From positions 5,208,001-5,272,000 of the forward strand of contig NC_135763.1 of assembly GCF_052425735.1 (NCBI RefSeq): DNA of 64,000 bases. The letters run 5' to 3'. The position numbers and the translations under genes were made by a program. Below the pieces are notes generated by a model, which was given only the letters and a program-made list of their open reading frames with translations, searched no databases and was not told where the DNA came from. Positions 1 through 14,754 of the stretch are shown here, one piece after another. This stretch comes from Oculina patagonica (taxonomy: Eukaryota). Position 1 is the first letter of the stretch, and each line of letters begins with the position of its first letter.

Positions 1-3000
1 CTTGTTTTCCAAAAATTCCAGACTTGCTAAAGTGAGTTTCTCGTAAGTTTTAGGAGACCTGAGAATGCCTGCCATGTCCTCTCTCTCATATCTCACATTT
101 GCAGTTGCAGTAAATACGACGTCACCAGCAAACTCGGAACTCAAGATAACAACCCGACCTCCTCCTTTGAGAATTTGTTCACATTTTTGAAAGGTATTAG
201 GAGAAGGTGGATAGAAAAATAACACGGCGTCAAAACTGTGACTTAAATCATCATCAAGACCACCGAAACCTTGACGCACCACGCTTTCGGCACCCAACTC
301 AAGAAGAAAAGTTTTTGTAGAAGTTTGGCAAGTGTTGGGAATGGTGCAAAATACTCTGTGGCCCAATGCTTTTGCAAGGACAACTGCAGCTGGACCAGGG
401 CCACGGTTGGCTTCATGTATCAGTAATTTCTGATTCTTGTCTCCAGATGCTACTCTTTGAAGAGCATGAGAAGCTATGGCTAGGCATGCAGGGATGTATG
501 CCGCTTGTTCCTTTGTCAAGCTGGCAGGTTTTATAAACACGTTACTGACTTGGATGAGAAGGGAAGGGGAAACGCGTCCAGAGGCGATGACACCACACAC
601 CTGATCTCCAATCCGTATCTGAGTGTTCTCACTTTCTCTTGGTAGATCAGTCACCTTACCAACGACGAAGACACATCCTTTTGGTTTGGCTACATCAATC
701 AGTGATTCAGAGGGTGTCCAGCAATAGAGAAGATCCATTGTGAGCTCAGAGTTCGATGACTTTGAAAGACTTTTCTCGCGCAGGCAAAGCGTTCTTGACG
801 AAGGGATACGTGATAAGTACAACGCACCCATCTTCTTGCTTTCAATTTTCTTGGTTGTGGCTTCCTCGGGGGAAACTTTTGACCTCACGACGCGATTTAT
901 AAAACGTTTGCCACCTCGAAAGGCTACCTCTTCTTCAGTGCTTTCGCCCAGAACTTCGTCAATCAATGAATCTACCTCATGCATATTGGTTTTGTTGTTT
1001 AGGTCAACAGCTATCATCCTGACATCAAATTCTTCAAGGCGTGCTGCTCGTCGAAGACCCCAGACTGTAGAACTCCAGGGAATACTGGTCTTAGGAGACT
1101 CGTCGCAGGCGTTCAACAACTGTGTACGTTCGGTAACAAGGAAGAGTCGACAATCGAGCCACTGTTTCTCTATAAGCATCTTGAGTAAATATGCGGAACT
1201 GCCGAAAGCGAGGCATTGAGCTGGACCAATGACGTTGAAGTTTTCCTGTAAAAGAGTGTTTTCCATCGGCCACATGTTGATGACTCTGATGTTAGAAGAG
1301 TGGTCAGGTGGCATGTCCGAAAATGCTGCATTGATTGCTTCCTCTACTTCGGTGTTGAAACATCCAGCATTTGGGGGGTCAGCTGTGATGATATTTACTT
1401 TAGCTGCTTGAAGTCCTGCGACCACGGCATCTGAAAACTGCGAGGAGTCTTTCAGCACAATGCAAGTCAAATTTGGCTTGGCTTCCCTTTGGCCTTGTAA
1501 GTCATCCTCCATCCACTGGACTTCATAAGCAAGGTCATTAAATGCAAATCGACGTTCTGTGCTAGTCAACTCCGTTGCGTGAAAGTCATGTATTGCAAGT
1601 AATACTTTTCCGGATGGACTCATAAGGGTAGCATGAAATCTCCCAAACGAAGTCATATCTGCAGTGACGTGGCAATACAGCTGGTTGGTAGAGGGAACTT
1701 CATTTAGCATAATACTCTTGAAACCCACTGGCACAAAGGAGGTATCTTGAGTTACGAAGTTGCCAATGGGAACAAAGCAAGATTGAAGACAGGCGTCCAA
1801 GATGCAGGGGTGGACAACATAGTCTTCAGCTTCAGTTTGAATTGTCGGCAATCCACTGATGTCGACCAAGCAAAGTGCTTCGTTATTGCGCTGCCATATC
1901 TCTTTGATGGACGAGAAAGTAGTCCCATAGTTGAAGCCCAACCTCTCGGTTATTTCTCTGAACCGCTCCACTGTCATTTTCGTCATACTTCCCATCAGCT
2001 CATGGACAGCTGGGCCAAGTTGGTCGAAAACTGTGTATGTAGACAAAAAAAAAATATTTGGTTCAGTGTCCTATATGACTTTCGTGAGGGCTTTAAGCAG
2101 GTTTCAATTGTGATTGTTTCATTACGGGTTCATAGGAATTGATAACAAATCATATTGCCAGGCTATAAACTACTCAATTCTATTAGGGAAATACCATATC
2201 ATACTCGCCAAAATAAATTTTGGGTGCAAAGCTATCTTCTGCAAGTACAATACAAATAACTCGCCTTTAAGTAATAAGCGCTTAAGGGAAAATAAAGGGT
2301 GTTTTTTACAGGTTATACTGTTGCTATGGTAACAAATAACGTCATGAAAAATGACCCCAACTTGTTCATCGATGATTGAGCATTTGTTTGATATTATTTC
2401 TGTAGCAGTTACGGATAAATGTTTGTAGCACTGACTCATCAAAACATGAGAACTGGAAAGTGCTGTAAACTGTTGTGAGCCTCCTTAAGGTGTTTATAAA
2501 AAAACCAAGATAACAATACCTTTGTCCTCAGAATTCTCTGGTCTGTACGTAAAGTCTACCGAAATGTTCCCGCTGCTAAGATTTATTTCGGATTCGTCAT
2601 CCTGTAAGCTTGTAATTTGGAACTGGGCCTCATTAATTTTGTCGGTCTTCAGAAGACGGAGCCGTAAGGATCGAACCTAAAAATACAAAATTCAATTCAT
2701 TTTAGAACATCATTTGAAGCCGTCCCATTTTAGGCAAAAAGGATTTTAATTTGCCTTCCTATTCCCTCTTTGCACATTACTAACCTGTGTTTCTGGCAGG
2801 GTAAGAACACTCGAGAGCTTCACATCACTAAGTTCCAAGCCAGCAACATTTACAAATTTGTCTTTCACCATAGCAAAGGCCATTTCTAGGTAAGCAGCTC
2901 CTGGCATGATAACACCTCCCTGAATAAGCGCATGATCTTTTAGAGTTGGAAAGCGGTGGAGGTCAATCTCGGTCTCCCAGCAATGCAGGCCTGAATACTG

Positions 3001-6000
3001 GTCGGTCATTTTCACCTGTGCTAAAAAAGGATGTGCTCGCTTCCTTGTAGTCTTCTTGGTACCAAAAGCAGAGATTACGGCTTGAGGCAGACGATCCCTA
3101 TACCAAAAGCTGTTTTCCAGCCATGGATAGTTCAGTGAACGGACAAAGCTGGCCGATGGATTCTTCTGTACACACCTCCAATCTATGGGAAATCCCATCG
3201 TATACAGTTTACAAACTGTGTTCTGAAGAAGGACCTTGTGTTGGTCTTTGACAGGTATACGCTTGCGAGGAAGTGTTGCCATGACTACTGGCAATTCTTG
3301 CTCTTTAAGATTGTCTTGAAGAGCAATTTGTTTAACATAGTGGGCTAAAATTGGCTGCGTACTTATCTCAATAATCTGCTTGTAACCATCGTTTAGCAGA
3401 TACTTCATGGCCGGGTAGAATTGGACTGGACAGCGAATATTTCGCCACCAATAATCGCCGTTAAATTGCTGACCCGAGAGAACTTCACCCTCGACGGTAG
3501 AATACATGGGAATTTTTGACAGTTGAGGTTTTAGCCTGATACGTCTCATGGCTGCTTGAAATGGCTTCCTGATGGGTTCCATGTGTGTGCTGTGAAATGC
3601 GCGTTTTGTTCCAAGAACGCGCCAGAAAGTATCTTTTGCGTGCATTGTTAAGTGTTGACCCAGTGCTTCGATTGATTGGGACTCACCAGACACTGTCACA
3701 CTCTTCGCATCATTAACTGCGGCGATGTCAAGTGTGGCACTTAAATTCAGGTTTAGCAGTAATGCCTTAGCCATTTCTTCAGACATGCCCAGAGCCGCCA
3801 TACCACCGTTGTTTGGGCATTCATCTTGCAGAGTAGCACGAGCAAGCACTATTTGAACAGCTTCCTTTACGGTGATGATCCCAGCAACACAGGCAGCGGC
3901 AAATTCCCCTAGACTATGACCAATGACAGCAGAAGGATGGATTTTCCAGGACATTAGCAGCTGTGCGGTCGCGTACTGGACAGCAAAAGTGGCCGGCTGG
4001 GCTAAGAAACTCTCAGAAATTCTTGAAACGTCTTCTGGCGCCATCAGCTCGTCTATGAGCGACCATGTAACACCTAGATCTTGAAGTAAATTGTTCACCG
4101 TCAAAATAGCTTCTCTAAAAACAACTTCACATTCCAGTAACTGTCTTCCCATGGCATACCACTGAGAGCCCTGACCACCAAACATGAAAACGAGTTTTTC
4201 ATTTTTGGAATTAACTTGGGCATAAGAAACCAACTTATCCCATCCTACGGAGTCATCAGCGTAGTCTGCAAGAGACTTAGATGCTTCAGCAGTGGAACCG
4301 AAGGCAAGTGCTAACCGGTGTGGGAGTTGGCTGCGGCGTTCATTCAAAGAGTAGCATAAGTTTTCCACAAAAGGCTTATCCATATCTTCTACATTTGCTT
4401 TGATCCATTCTGAGTAATGCTCTGCCATCTTCTGTAGAGCTTCTTTTGAAGGTGCTGACAAGGTGAGAACATTATTTTGGGGATCTGAGCTTTGTTCACG
4501 TAAACATTCCTTTAAAGGAATTTCGCGAAGGATGAGGTGCACATTTGATCCGCCAAAGCCAAACGAGTTTAAGGCTGCCATTCGCGGTTTTCCTTTTTCT
4601 GTTATCCATGGCTCAGTGGTTTGCTGCACAACAAATCCGTTTTCTTCCAGCTTTAGTTTGGGATTCAGCACGCGTATGTTCACAGTTGGTACAAACTTCT
4701 TGTTTTTGATCATCAGGGCGACCTTGATAAGCCCAGCAAGACCGGATGTAGATTCTGTGTGATTAAGGTTTGACTTAACAGAACCAATCCTTAACTTTTG
4801 GGTGGATTTTGTCGTTTGCCTGGTGTAGGTTTCCGCAATTGAATTAACCTCAACCACATCTCCAATTGCAGTACCAGTGCCATGCGCCTCGAAATAATCC
4901 ACATCTTCTGGGTTCACTCCTGACTGTTCTAGAACCCTTCTGGACAGTGCAGCTTGCATCTTTGCACTCGGGGCCGTTATTGGTACAGCATTTTGTCCAT
5001 CGCTGTTCATTCCACAGGCAATAATGTCGCAATATGGGTCATCTTTGTCACTCAAAGCGGCACTTGAAAGCTTTAAAACAACTGCTGCAAAGCCTTCCCC
5101 ACGTCCATAGCCATCCCCAGAAGAATCAAAGCTTTTGCAACGTCCATCAGGCGCCAGTAGTCCACCTATGCTGGATGCCATGTGTGTATAATGATCAAGA
5201 ATAATGTTAGGTGCACAAACGATGGCTATCTCACAGTCTTCATTGTGGAGATTATCACAGGCTATTTTTAGTGCAGTTAAGGATGAAGAACAGGCAGTAT
5301 CAACAACCAGGCTTGGGCCCGTGAGGTTTAAACAGAAGGAGATTCTGTTGGCGATAATAGACAATGTGGTTCCGGTCGAGTAAAAGTGGTCGATTTCGAA
5401 GTAATTTGTTGGATTTGATACAGCTGCCTGGTAATCCAGATTCATCACACCGACAAAGACACCCGTTGTGCACTTCTGAAGATCCTCAAGCCGCATTCCG
5501 GCATCTTCAATGGCTTCATACACCACTTGTAGTAGAATTCTTTGCTGAGGATCCATTCCACGAGCTTCTTGATTAGATATGCCGAAGAACCTGTTGTCAA
5601 AATGTGTTATTTCATCCAAGTAGGAACCATTCACAACACAATGGCGTCCGCTAACAAACCGCCTAGGATTATAGCGTTCAAAGAACGTTTGATGCTGTTC
5701 AGGTCTGTTCTCTGGGTACGCACTGTTCGAACTCTTTCCTTTCTCAAGCAAATCCCAAAACTGATCCTTACTGCTGGCCCTCGGAAATCTGCAGCTTATG
5801 CCAACGATAGAAACTCCAGGGCATTTAGGCTTCAGCTGTCGTATCTCACCATCTTGTACTTGCAAGGATACTTCTTTATTCCGTTCTTTGCTGACAGGCA
5901 GTGTATCTATCTCATTATGAGAGTCACACTTATGCAAGAGCTCGAGTAACAATACGAACATCGGCGGGGAAATAAGGAGAGCGTGGGTCAGACCTAGAAC

Positions 6001-8502
6001 AAGGACCAGAGGGACAAGTCTATGAAAAATGTCCGCTAGACTTGGATAAATAAAACCCAATGAAACCGATCCAGATATTGTTATTGACGCTCCAGCTACT
6101 ACAGACCATCCAACATAGCTTAGGGTCTCAATCATGCGAATTCGTATTTCTTGCTTTGCTGAAAATACGAATGAATAAGCCACCTGAATGCTGAAGTTCA
6201 GGGATAAGATAATTGTCAGAAAGAGGGAAAGAAAAGAGATGTGATTCAGATGAATTCCCCACACCTCCATTATAGCTGCTGCCTCCAATACGAGAAAAAC
6301 AAATGTTATAGCCAAGAAGATGCTAACCCCGAAACTCGAGGTTGAGCACAGAGAAAATATTAACACAACTGCTGTGGCAATTACGAAAACTGTGAAGACT
6401 GCTTCTTGTTCCAACAGAAAGAGGTCATCAAGATGGAAAAAATTCTCAGATACTGGGATGGCGTCCAGAAACGACTGATTAAGCAAGTCTTTTCTCAGTT
6501 TCTCTAGTGATCCTCTGTCTTCTCGGAATCGGTTGTGTTGTTCCATTTTCAGATGAATTCGAGATGCCAAAATTTTTACTCCGGGATTCATTTCTACAAA
6601 GCGTAAGTCTTGTCGAAACGGGAGATTGTATGGTTGATTAAGGAAACTCTCTAAACAAGGGTAGAATTCTGAGTTTGAGCAGGTCATGTTTTGATGATGT
6701 TTCCATTGTCGAAGGGCTGATATCCAACAAATTGATTTTCCATCACTATAGGAAGCATCCTGCAGTTTGGAACACATGTTTATTATTTGATTCTGTACAG
6801 TCTCCTGCGAATAGTCAATTTCCTTGGAGATAAGGATGCTTGTATCAGTTTCATTTCTAAAGAACTTTTCTTGTGCTTCACTGAATTTCTTGAAATTGCT
6901 ATTTTGGTAAAGTGACTCGGAGGTGCTCGTTCTCTCGCCACCTTGTAATGCAGATGACACGCACAAACTAATGATACAGACAAGGATGAAAAGTGAGAGA
7001 ATTTTACCACCAAGTGAGGTTATTATTCGTGTAAGGTTTTTCAGAATGTGCCGTAGAATATTGAAGGTTTCCAAGTCAGTAACTGACGATCTTCTTCTAC
7101 AGAATCGCTGACATGGAGTGTTCAATTTCTTCAACTTTCTTTCAAAATGCATGAAGACAGTGACCGTTACTACAGATGATGCAGTCGACACTATTGCATA
7201 AGTAAGAAGTGATGCTAAGAAAAAATCTGAAATAACATCAAAGGAAGATCTGACTGCAATACCAGAAAGAGTAGTTCCACATAAAGCCGACAACACAGCA
7301 ATGAGGCCTACTTTCGTGACACAACTGACGACTCGATGTTCCAGTGATGGCACCTTCTTTCGCTGTCCCCATTGTACCAGGAAAAGTATGACGTCTGAGG
7401 TAGCTTTTCCCATCAGCAAAAAGGGAATGAACAAGGTGGTTGGGAAAAGTGAAACGTTGGCCATTGAGATAATACCTGCAGAACACGTTATTGGCAACAG
7501 AATAGATGAAATCATCAATAAGACTGTTGTTAGGCAACTGAGATTATTAGAAGAAAGGTATATGACAATGAAGACAAGAACAATCATTGCCAAAGGTGAA
7601 AAATAAAGTGGCCATAGCTGTGGATTCAAGACGTTTTGTAAAGCGTCATTTGTTGCTTTTCCACTCTTGAACAAGAGTTTTGCGCACTTTAAGTGATGAC
7701 TTAAAGACAAGAGGAGACTCTCAAACGATGTTTCAAAGTTGCGAACTGCCTGATCTTTTTCTTTAGTGGTTGTCGTTTCAATGAAGTACATAAGGCGAAG
7801 AGCGTCGGCCCGAGAAGTCGGTGGATCTCTATTGTGTTGAACTTCAAAATTACTCAGCATTCGCTTAAAGGAAGAATTGAATGTTTGACCAGATGAGAGA
7901 ACAAAGGTAGGTTTGAGAAACTCGCGAACAAAAATGGAAGTTAGGTTGCTCATATTGCCAAATTGAGCACCAGCTAATTCGAGAGGACTGCTAATGATAC
8001 AGTCATGTATTGTTTTGTTTTGACTTTGTTGGGTGTTTGAAAGCAACTGCTTGGAGCATATTTCACGGTAACCAGTAATGTTCACTATGGCCTGATGGAC
8101 GGCAATGGCGTCTTTCAAACAATCTTCAGTTAGAATATTTTGACCATGTTTAGGGATCATGATGATCTGTTCTTGGCGCGCTTCAAGAAGCGGAAAGAAT
8201 TGTGCTGCATGATGCAAGTCTTGCCTGGATTGGCTGTCGGTTGCGATGAAACGTTCAACGGACGGCTGCTCGGCACGTAGGCGAACAAATCCCAGACAGC
8301 TTACAGTAACAACTATAAGCGATACCAGGAGGACAATCAATGGTTTGCGGGCAAGAAAAACCCCCAGTCTCTCGAAGGCTCTCTCGTAGAAAGCAAGAAT
8401 GCCAAAAGATAGATATCTAAGATATCTTCGTTCTCTACAGATTCTTCCGCATCCAAGTCGGCGTTTTTTACGGTTGGCGTGAATCTCATAAGACCTAGAC
8501 AT
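1..8502 (-). CDS. Copy C: Patched/NPC1-like RND domain-type I polyketide synthase fusion (3' part runs off the window)
   Basis: Exons 8502(or acceptor 8494)-2785, 2676-2520 and 2030-<1 have GT-AG boundaries and the same phases as copies A and B. Motifs: ~12 TM segments; KS DTACSSS/EAHGTGT/KSNLNH; AT GQGSQW/GHSLG/RAFHS; DH DHALIQGGVIMP and HPCILDACLQ; ER LLIHEANRGPG. The frame of exon 3 is consistent wherever it was checked. Confidence 0.9.
2785..8502 (-). CDS. Copy C giant exon: RND(SSD)-KS-AT-N-terminal DH
   Basis: 1918-aa ORF 2746-8502; donor CAG|GTTAGT at 2785/2784. Confidence 0.92.
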
Positions 8503-8599
8503 GAAAATGTCAATGAAAAAGTGATTTTGCTGCGTAGTACAAATTAAAAGATGAAATGGTGAAAGGTGTATTGGAAGTGCTTTAGACTACTTTCAAACC

Positions 8600-8640
8600 A
8601 GTCAGACGTTTCGGGAATAACCCCTTCATCAGTGTTTTTT
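8600..8640 (-). ncRNA. Minimal hammerhead ribozyme motif (Penelope/retrozyme type)
   Basis: Minus strand reads CTGATGA-AGGGGTTATTCCC-GAAAC-GTC: conserved core, stem II, palindromic short stem III. Stem I is weak. Confidence 0.6.
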
Positions 8641-8815
8641 GATATCCCCAGACCTTAAAATGCAATTTGGTCAAGCGATTGCGATAGCCTATCAGACTAG
8701 CAGCACGTAAGATAAACTGCTTCATCCTTTGAAATGTTTTTGCCATAAAAATGATCTCTGAATAATGGAGGTTTTTTATCCTGTTTCCCTGGTATTCATC
8801 AAAAAATATTCACTA

Positions 8816-8987
8816 CAGTCAATTCTCTCTTAATGGACACCTCTTCTTAAGACACACCCTGCTGTAACACCGACACTGCCTTTTTTCAGTCATTTGTCAT
8901 TTAACTTAAATCTGTATATGACGGAAACCTCTCTAAGACGGGAAGTTGGAGCCGATCCCGATCCCCTGTTTTAGAGTGGGTTGACTG
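8816..8987. mobile_element. Tc1/mariner-pogo-like MITE
   Basis: Imperfect TIRs CAGTCAATTCTCTCTTAA / TTAGAGTGGGTTGACTG flanked by TA. Confidence 0.7.
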
Positions 8988-9394
8988 TAATTCGTTTTTA
9001 TGTTTAAATATAAGGAAAATTTCTAAATCAAGACAAGACGAGACGAAACGAGAAATCTAGACGTTAATGCAGCAACATTTCGCCACGCATCGCAACTTTC
9101 TTAAAAATTTATGTTTTATAATATAGAGCAACCTTTCAGATGCAAATTAGTTTTCTTTTACACAATCCATCACGGACTATACATAGTTGGAAATCAATTC
9201 AGTTACTGCTATAATCTAGAGTGAATCTAGGAAAAACACGACACGAAACAACCGATGACACCGGTAATTTACACACAAGAAACAACATAGTTTCTTGATG
9301 AAGTATTAAAATCAGGTCACAAATTGTCAAGAAACAACTTTCTAAAAACTCAAATCTAAGTGCGTAAATGAAAAATTAAAGGGCCATTGCACCT

Positions 9395-9892
9395 GGCAGA
9401 AAAAATCAATGGTAGTCATAGTGATTCAGCATCTGTAACATTTTTAACGAGCATACTTCCGCATATAACCTGAGACAATCAGATTTTTCTACTTCTAGAT
9501 ACAACACTGTTACTTATGGAAAGCACTCTTTGCGTTATGTAGGACCCAAACTATGGGGCAAACTTTCTGCGGCTGACAAACTGTATTCGCAAAAGGGATA
9601 TAACTCGCTTAATGGCTGCATCCTATGCTGCATATAATGCCCCTCAAGTCAGGTCATAATTTTTTTTGTCATAATTTTACAATTAGTTAAAGATTTTAAC
9701 ATTTTTCTATATCATAGATTATAATAACATTTTTTATATGACTTATATATACTTTTTATTGTATTTATATTAGTATTAGTGTAGTTTTTTTTTTAGTTTT
9801 TAGCAGTGTCCCCTAATTAGTATGGTGTTATTCACAGGCTATAAGGTTTTTGACACTTAATTAAAGTTTCTTATCTTATCTTTTTTTATCTT
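9395..9892 (+). mobile_element. 5'-truncated non-LTR retrotransposon (CR1/L2-group) 3' end
   Basis: Encodes ...YNLRQSDFSTSRYNTVTYGKHSLRYVGPKLWGKL, typical of the ORF2 C-terminus. It has an AT-rich 3'UTR and (TTATC)n tail, with ACCT on both sides. Empty site at ~12881-12900. Confidence 0.75.
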
Positions 9893-12800
9893 ACCTAGGA
9901 AACTGGCAGGACTACTACACCCAATGACCAATGGATAAATACAAACTCCGCAGTTTCGTGGCCTAGATATGCATTCTCACCCTTGTATTAGTTGTTTTCT
10001 GAGTACAGTGACTACTTTGATTTTATCTTCTAAAGCAAATTCAGACAAAAATTTCACGGCGTAAGTACAGTCAAAAGATTCGGGAACGATCTATACGTTA
10101 AGCAGCCATGGATAAATTCCACTGTGAAATTAAGGAATGAAAGCAAATATATAGCATTTGAAGCATTGGCGTAACGGATTAAAGTTTTGTAATGAGTGAA
10201 CTTTTAATTGTCTCCTTTGATACAAATATCATTTGAGTTTTAGTCGATACGCCGACAGGTAAGAGCCATGATAAATAGAAAGCGCTTGATGAAAGTGTCT
10301 TGCGATTGTCTGAAACATTGCAATAATGACCTTAGCTTGAGGTAGTAAAATAGAAACGAAATGCTTATATCTAAATAGTTTGACGTTATAGTTTTAGACA
10401 AATTGCTTGCAGCAATTGCAAGTTTTTTTGTGACGGCTGAACCACCATAGCAACGGCCACACCTGAATACTCTATGCTTTGTTTCTGTGCTCAAACTGAA
10501 TAACCTTTCAAACAGACCACTAATGAATTTCGTCAGCAACGTGAATCACCATGACCACCATTGATTAATTCGGCCGAAACAATAGGCAACGCCTACACGG
10601 GTCAGCCAGTGAAAGGCACAGTAGTGGAAAAACACGTCAACGGGAGACGTGGACTTAAACTACATTACCGCTAAATGGGTGATCATTGCAAGCGTACTGG
10701 TGCAGGCTATTCGAATAATGAGTGTTTTTATGCGAGTGGAAACTTGTAAAGGTCTCGGTTATCTTGCTGGCGGCTATTTCATCTGCAGGTTTTGCGCTTT
10801 TCAACAACTTTTTGCAGTAAAAAAGCTAGCATAACAGCTCTATTGTTGTTATTATTTGCACGCTTTATAGAAAGGCCTTAATTTAGCTGTTTATTATCAA
10901 ATGATTTGCATCACAAGTATGTCGAGTTGTATAAGTCTATAAAGGGATCCTTTCTGTTAAAAAAATAAACGAAAACAACACAGTCAGAAACAGATCAGTC
11001 TTAACTAACATGTTAATCATTACACAATTTACAAATTTCACTTTTTGCGGTCTCTCGATCACACATCCTTGGGCGGTTGGTCGGGACGACACGAAAGCCA
11101 AGCAGGGAAATTGGTTACTTCGTGTCGCCTAAACTAACCGTCCCTGGGTCTCTGAGGATGATGATCTCAGTTCCCAATCAGTATATGAAAATACTTATTA
11201 ATTCTCCTTCTCCAACGTATAATTAAAGATTAAGGTAATTTGAAAATCAGTGTTTTAGTTCAGTTACGTCGTTGAAAAACGTTAAACGCACACACCAGAG
11301 GCGATAAAGTAGTATGCCAATCAATCAATAGCTTATGCTGATCCGGCATGACTTTCGTCAAAGTAAATCAGATAGCTTCGTGCAACCAGAGGAAGACACC
11401 TGAAATTCAGGTTTCTTGATACATACGTTAAAAGTGTTGTTTTGATTACAAGAGCTTGTTAAAAAAGGTAAAATCACATCTTGCTCAGCTATTGTCGGTT
11501 GCTTTTAAATACCTTACAAAAAGTAAATTGATTTAGCCACTTCTAAATTATTTTTTATAGCCCCAAGAAGCTTTACATTATAATCAAAAAAAGTTCTAGT
11601 TCCACTAATTCCTTTTTTGAACAAACATACATAAAATCTTCCAGTTACCCTGTAGTTGGTTTCATCATAAAGGGAAGGTAACATGTTTGTTTGCCTTTGA
11701 AAGTGAGTTGTGTATATTTTGCAGTTTAAAGATCATATGCGCCATAACAGTTGGTTGATCACAGAATGTTCACCTGGATATGGTACGGTTTTACACTTGT
11801 CGGTTGCAGTTATTGCAGAGCTAACTATTGCCAGTTGCTTATGAGATTTTGACGAATAAAAGTGACATACTTGGTAATAGACTGCTACACAATAATAAAT
11901 CCATGCCTGTGCAATAAATATATATAAGAAGGAAACAATTTTTTCTTAACGGGTTTGCTGTTAACAGTAGACCGAGGTCCATGGCGTTGAAGAAGAATGG
12001 AAATACTAGAAGTTGAAAATCACACAAGTATTCTTTGCTAAGAGGGCTTGGTTGGTGAGGTGACTGTATGATATGCATAAAAACAATTAACAAAAGGCAC
12101 TCATGTTCGTATCTTTGTCGAAAATACATTTGTTGCTAGATTGGAAGTCTGGAAGAAAGAATCTAACATGAAATGCACTTTATCACAAAATTAAACCAAA
12201 AATGGGTGTTCGGTCAATTTGCGTGCTAGTTTCGTAATGGCATTGCTTTCTTTGAAAGACAGATTTGTTATTCGTTTTATCTTTCGTTTTATTCAAATGG
12301 GATTCACCATGCGTTGAATTGGCTTCAGGCGGTTTTTATGTAATTGTGTAATTTAAGGTTGAGAAAGTCACGCAAATCTTTCTATCTCGCCGTCAACGAA
12401 AAAAAGTCTTAACACAGCGAGCACATCTACAAAAATAAAACTCGAAAATTACGGAGTATAGTTTATATTCAAATATAACGAAAATTCTAAATCAAGACGA
12501 GGAGAGACGAGACGAAAGTGCTAGACGTTAATGCAGCAACATTCCGCCAGCCCACGCATCGCAACATTCTTAGAATGTTTTACAATATAGAGCAACCTTT
12601 CAAATGCAAATTAGTTCTCTTTTACACAATCCATCACGGACAATACATAGTTGGAAATCAATTCAGTTACTGCTATAATCTAGAGTGAATCTAGGAAAAA
12701 ACACGACACGAAACAACCGATGACACCGGTAATTTATACACAAGAAATTATTTCAAATTGAAGGCTTTGGAAGCTAACTACAACATAGTTTCTTGATGAA

Positions 12801-14754
12801 GTATTAAAATCAGGTCACAAATTGTTAAGAAACATTTTTCTAAAAACTTAAATGTAAGTGCGTAAATGAAAAATTAAAGGGCCATTGCACCTAGAAAACT
12901 GGCAGGACTACTACACCCAATGACCAATGGATAAATACAAACTCCGCAGTTTCGTGGCCTAGATATGCATTCTCACCCTTGTATTAGTTGTTTTCTGAGT
13001 ACAGTGACTACTTTGATTTTATCTTCTGAAGCAAATTCAGCGAAAATTTCACGGCGTAAGTACAGTCAAAAGACCCTGGAACGATCTATACGTTAAGCAG
13101 CCATGGATAAATTCCACTGTGAAATTAAGGAATGAAAGCAAATATATAGCATTTGAAGCATTGGCGTAACGGATTAAAGTTTTGTGACAAGTGAACTTTT
13201 AATTGTCTCCTTTGATACAAATATCATTCATCATGGTTCAGTTTTTTCTATAAGCCGTGTGTATCCAGCCTTTCGTTTGTAGTAAATTAGCTAGTTTCAG
13301 TGGTATCTTTGCATGTAAGGAGTCACTTTATTTGTTAACACAACTACAAAGTGAAAGTGGGAAATGACCTGTTAACAAATTACTGCGGGAAACATTTAAT
13401 AATTTTCAGTATTAGAATACTTAAGTAATAAATTGCGCCGTGTTTTTAAGCGCTGTTCAGTCATTTTATATTCGGCTGATTTACAGCGATTTGAGAGAAT
13501 TTTCTGGAATCTGAATTACATTTAATATGACTGAAATGAGACGTATACATTGCACCTCACTCATGGCCTAAACGCATATTCTTCCTCTCTGGCCGTTGGG
13601 ATAAACTTTGGTAAAAAAATCAACAACGAAAAGTTGAATTTTACACATACCTGTTTAAGTCATTGCCCATTACCACCATCTCTTTGGTGGGCAGATTGGA
13701 AATTATTCCTTCGTTCCTGGTTGCCATCGATACTCGAAAAAAGTCAAATGAAAACTTTTAGTTTTTGCTCAGAAAAAGCAACAACTGGCAACGGTTTTCT
13801 ATTCGACACGCCGGCAGGTAAGAGACTTCATAAATAGACAGCTTGGCGAATGTGTCTTGTGTTTGTACAAAACATAAGGATAATGACCTTTGCTTGACGT
13901 AGTAAAAAAGAAAAGAAATGCTAATGCCTGAGTAGTTTGATGTCATAGTTTTAGACAAATTGCTTGCAGCAATTTTTTGTGACGGAGGTTCCGACATAGC
14001 AACAGTAGCCCCTGAACACTTTATCCTTTGTTTCTGTGCTCAAACTGAATAACCTTTCAAACACAGCACCAATAAACTCGTCAGCAACGTAAATTAAAAT
14101 GACTACCATTAATCAATTCGGCCGAAACAATAGGCAACGCCTACACGGTTCTGCGAAAAGCATGTCGACGGAAAAGCCTGCAAAGTACGGTAGCGGAAAA
14201 ACACGTCAACGGAAGACGCGACAGCAGTAAAATAATAATAATAATCATGACAATAACAATAAGTAATAAAAAAACCATTAGGCTTCTGTTCTGTTTGGAC
14301 GTAAACTGAATTATCATTAAATGGGTGGTCCTTGCAAGCGTACTGGTGCAGGCTATTCGAATAATGAGTGTTTTTATGCGAGTGGAATCTTGTAAAGGTC
14401 TCGGGTATCTGGCTGGCAGCCATTTCACCTGCAGTTTTCGCCTTTTGCAACAACTCTTTGCAGTAAAAAAGCCAGTATAACGGCTCTTATATTGTTATAC
14501 TTTGTACGTTTTATGGAAGGCGCCTTAATTTGCATGTTCATTATCAAAGGATTTACATCACAAGTATGTCGAGTTTCATAAAAATGTTTTATATTATAGT
14601 CCGATATAACGTTTATTTATAAGTCTAAAAAGTTATCCTTTCTATTAAAAAAAATAAACGGATGTCACACAGTCAGGAACATATCGGTGTTAACAAACAT
14701 GTTAACCATTGCACAATTTACAAATGAATTTACCTTTTCGGTCTCATGATCACA

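Noticed and set aside
740-1219. Recurrent plus-strand ORFs (740-1219, 26940-27326, 51053-51535 and similar)
   Set aside because: Antisense shadows of the conserved minus-strand PKS exons
1-2030. No long ORF listed for copy C exon 3, suggesting a pseudogene
   Set aside because: Manual translation of sampled stretches is in frame; the ORF is most likely missing from the track because it runs off the window edge
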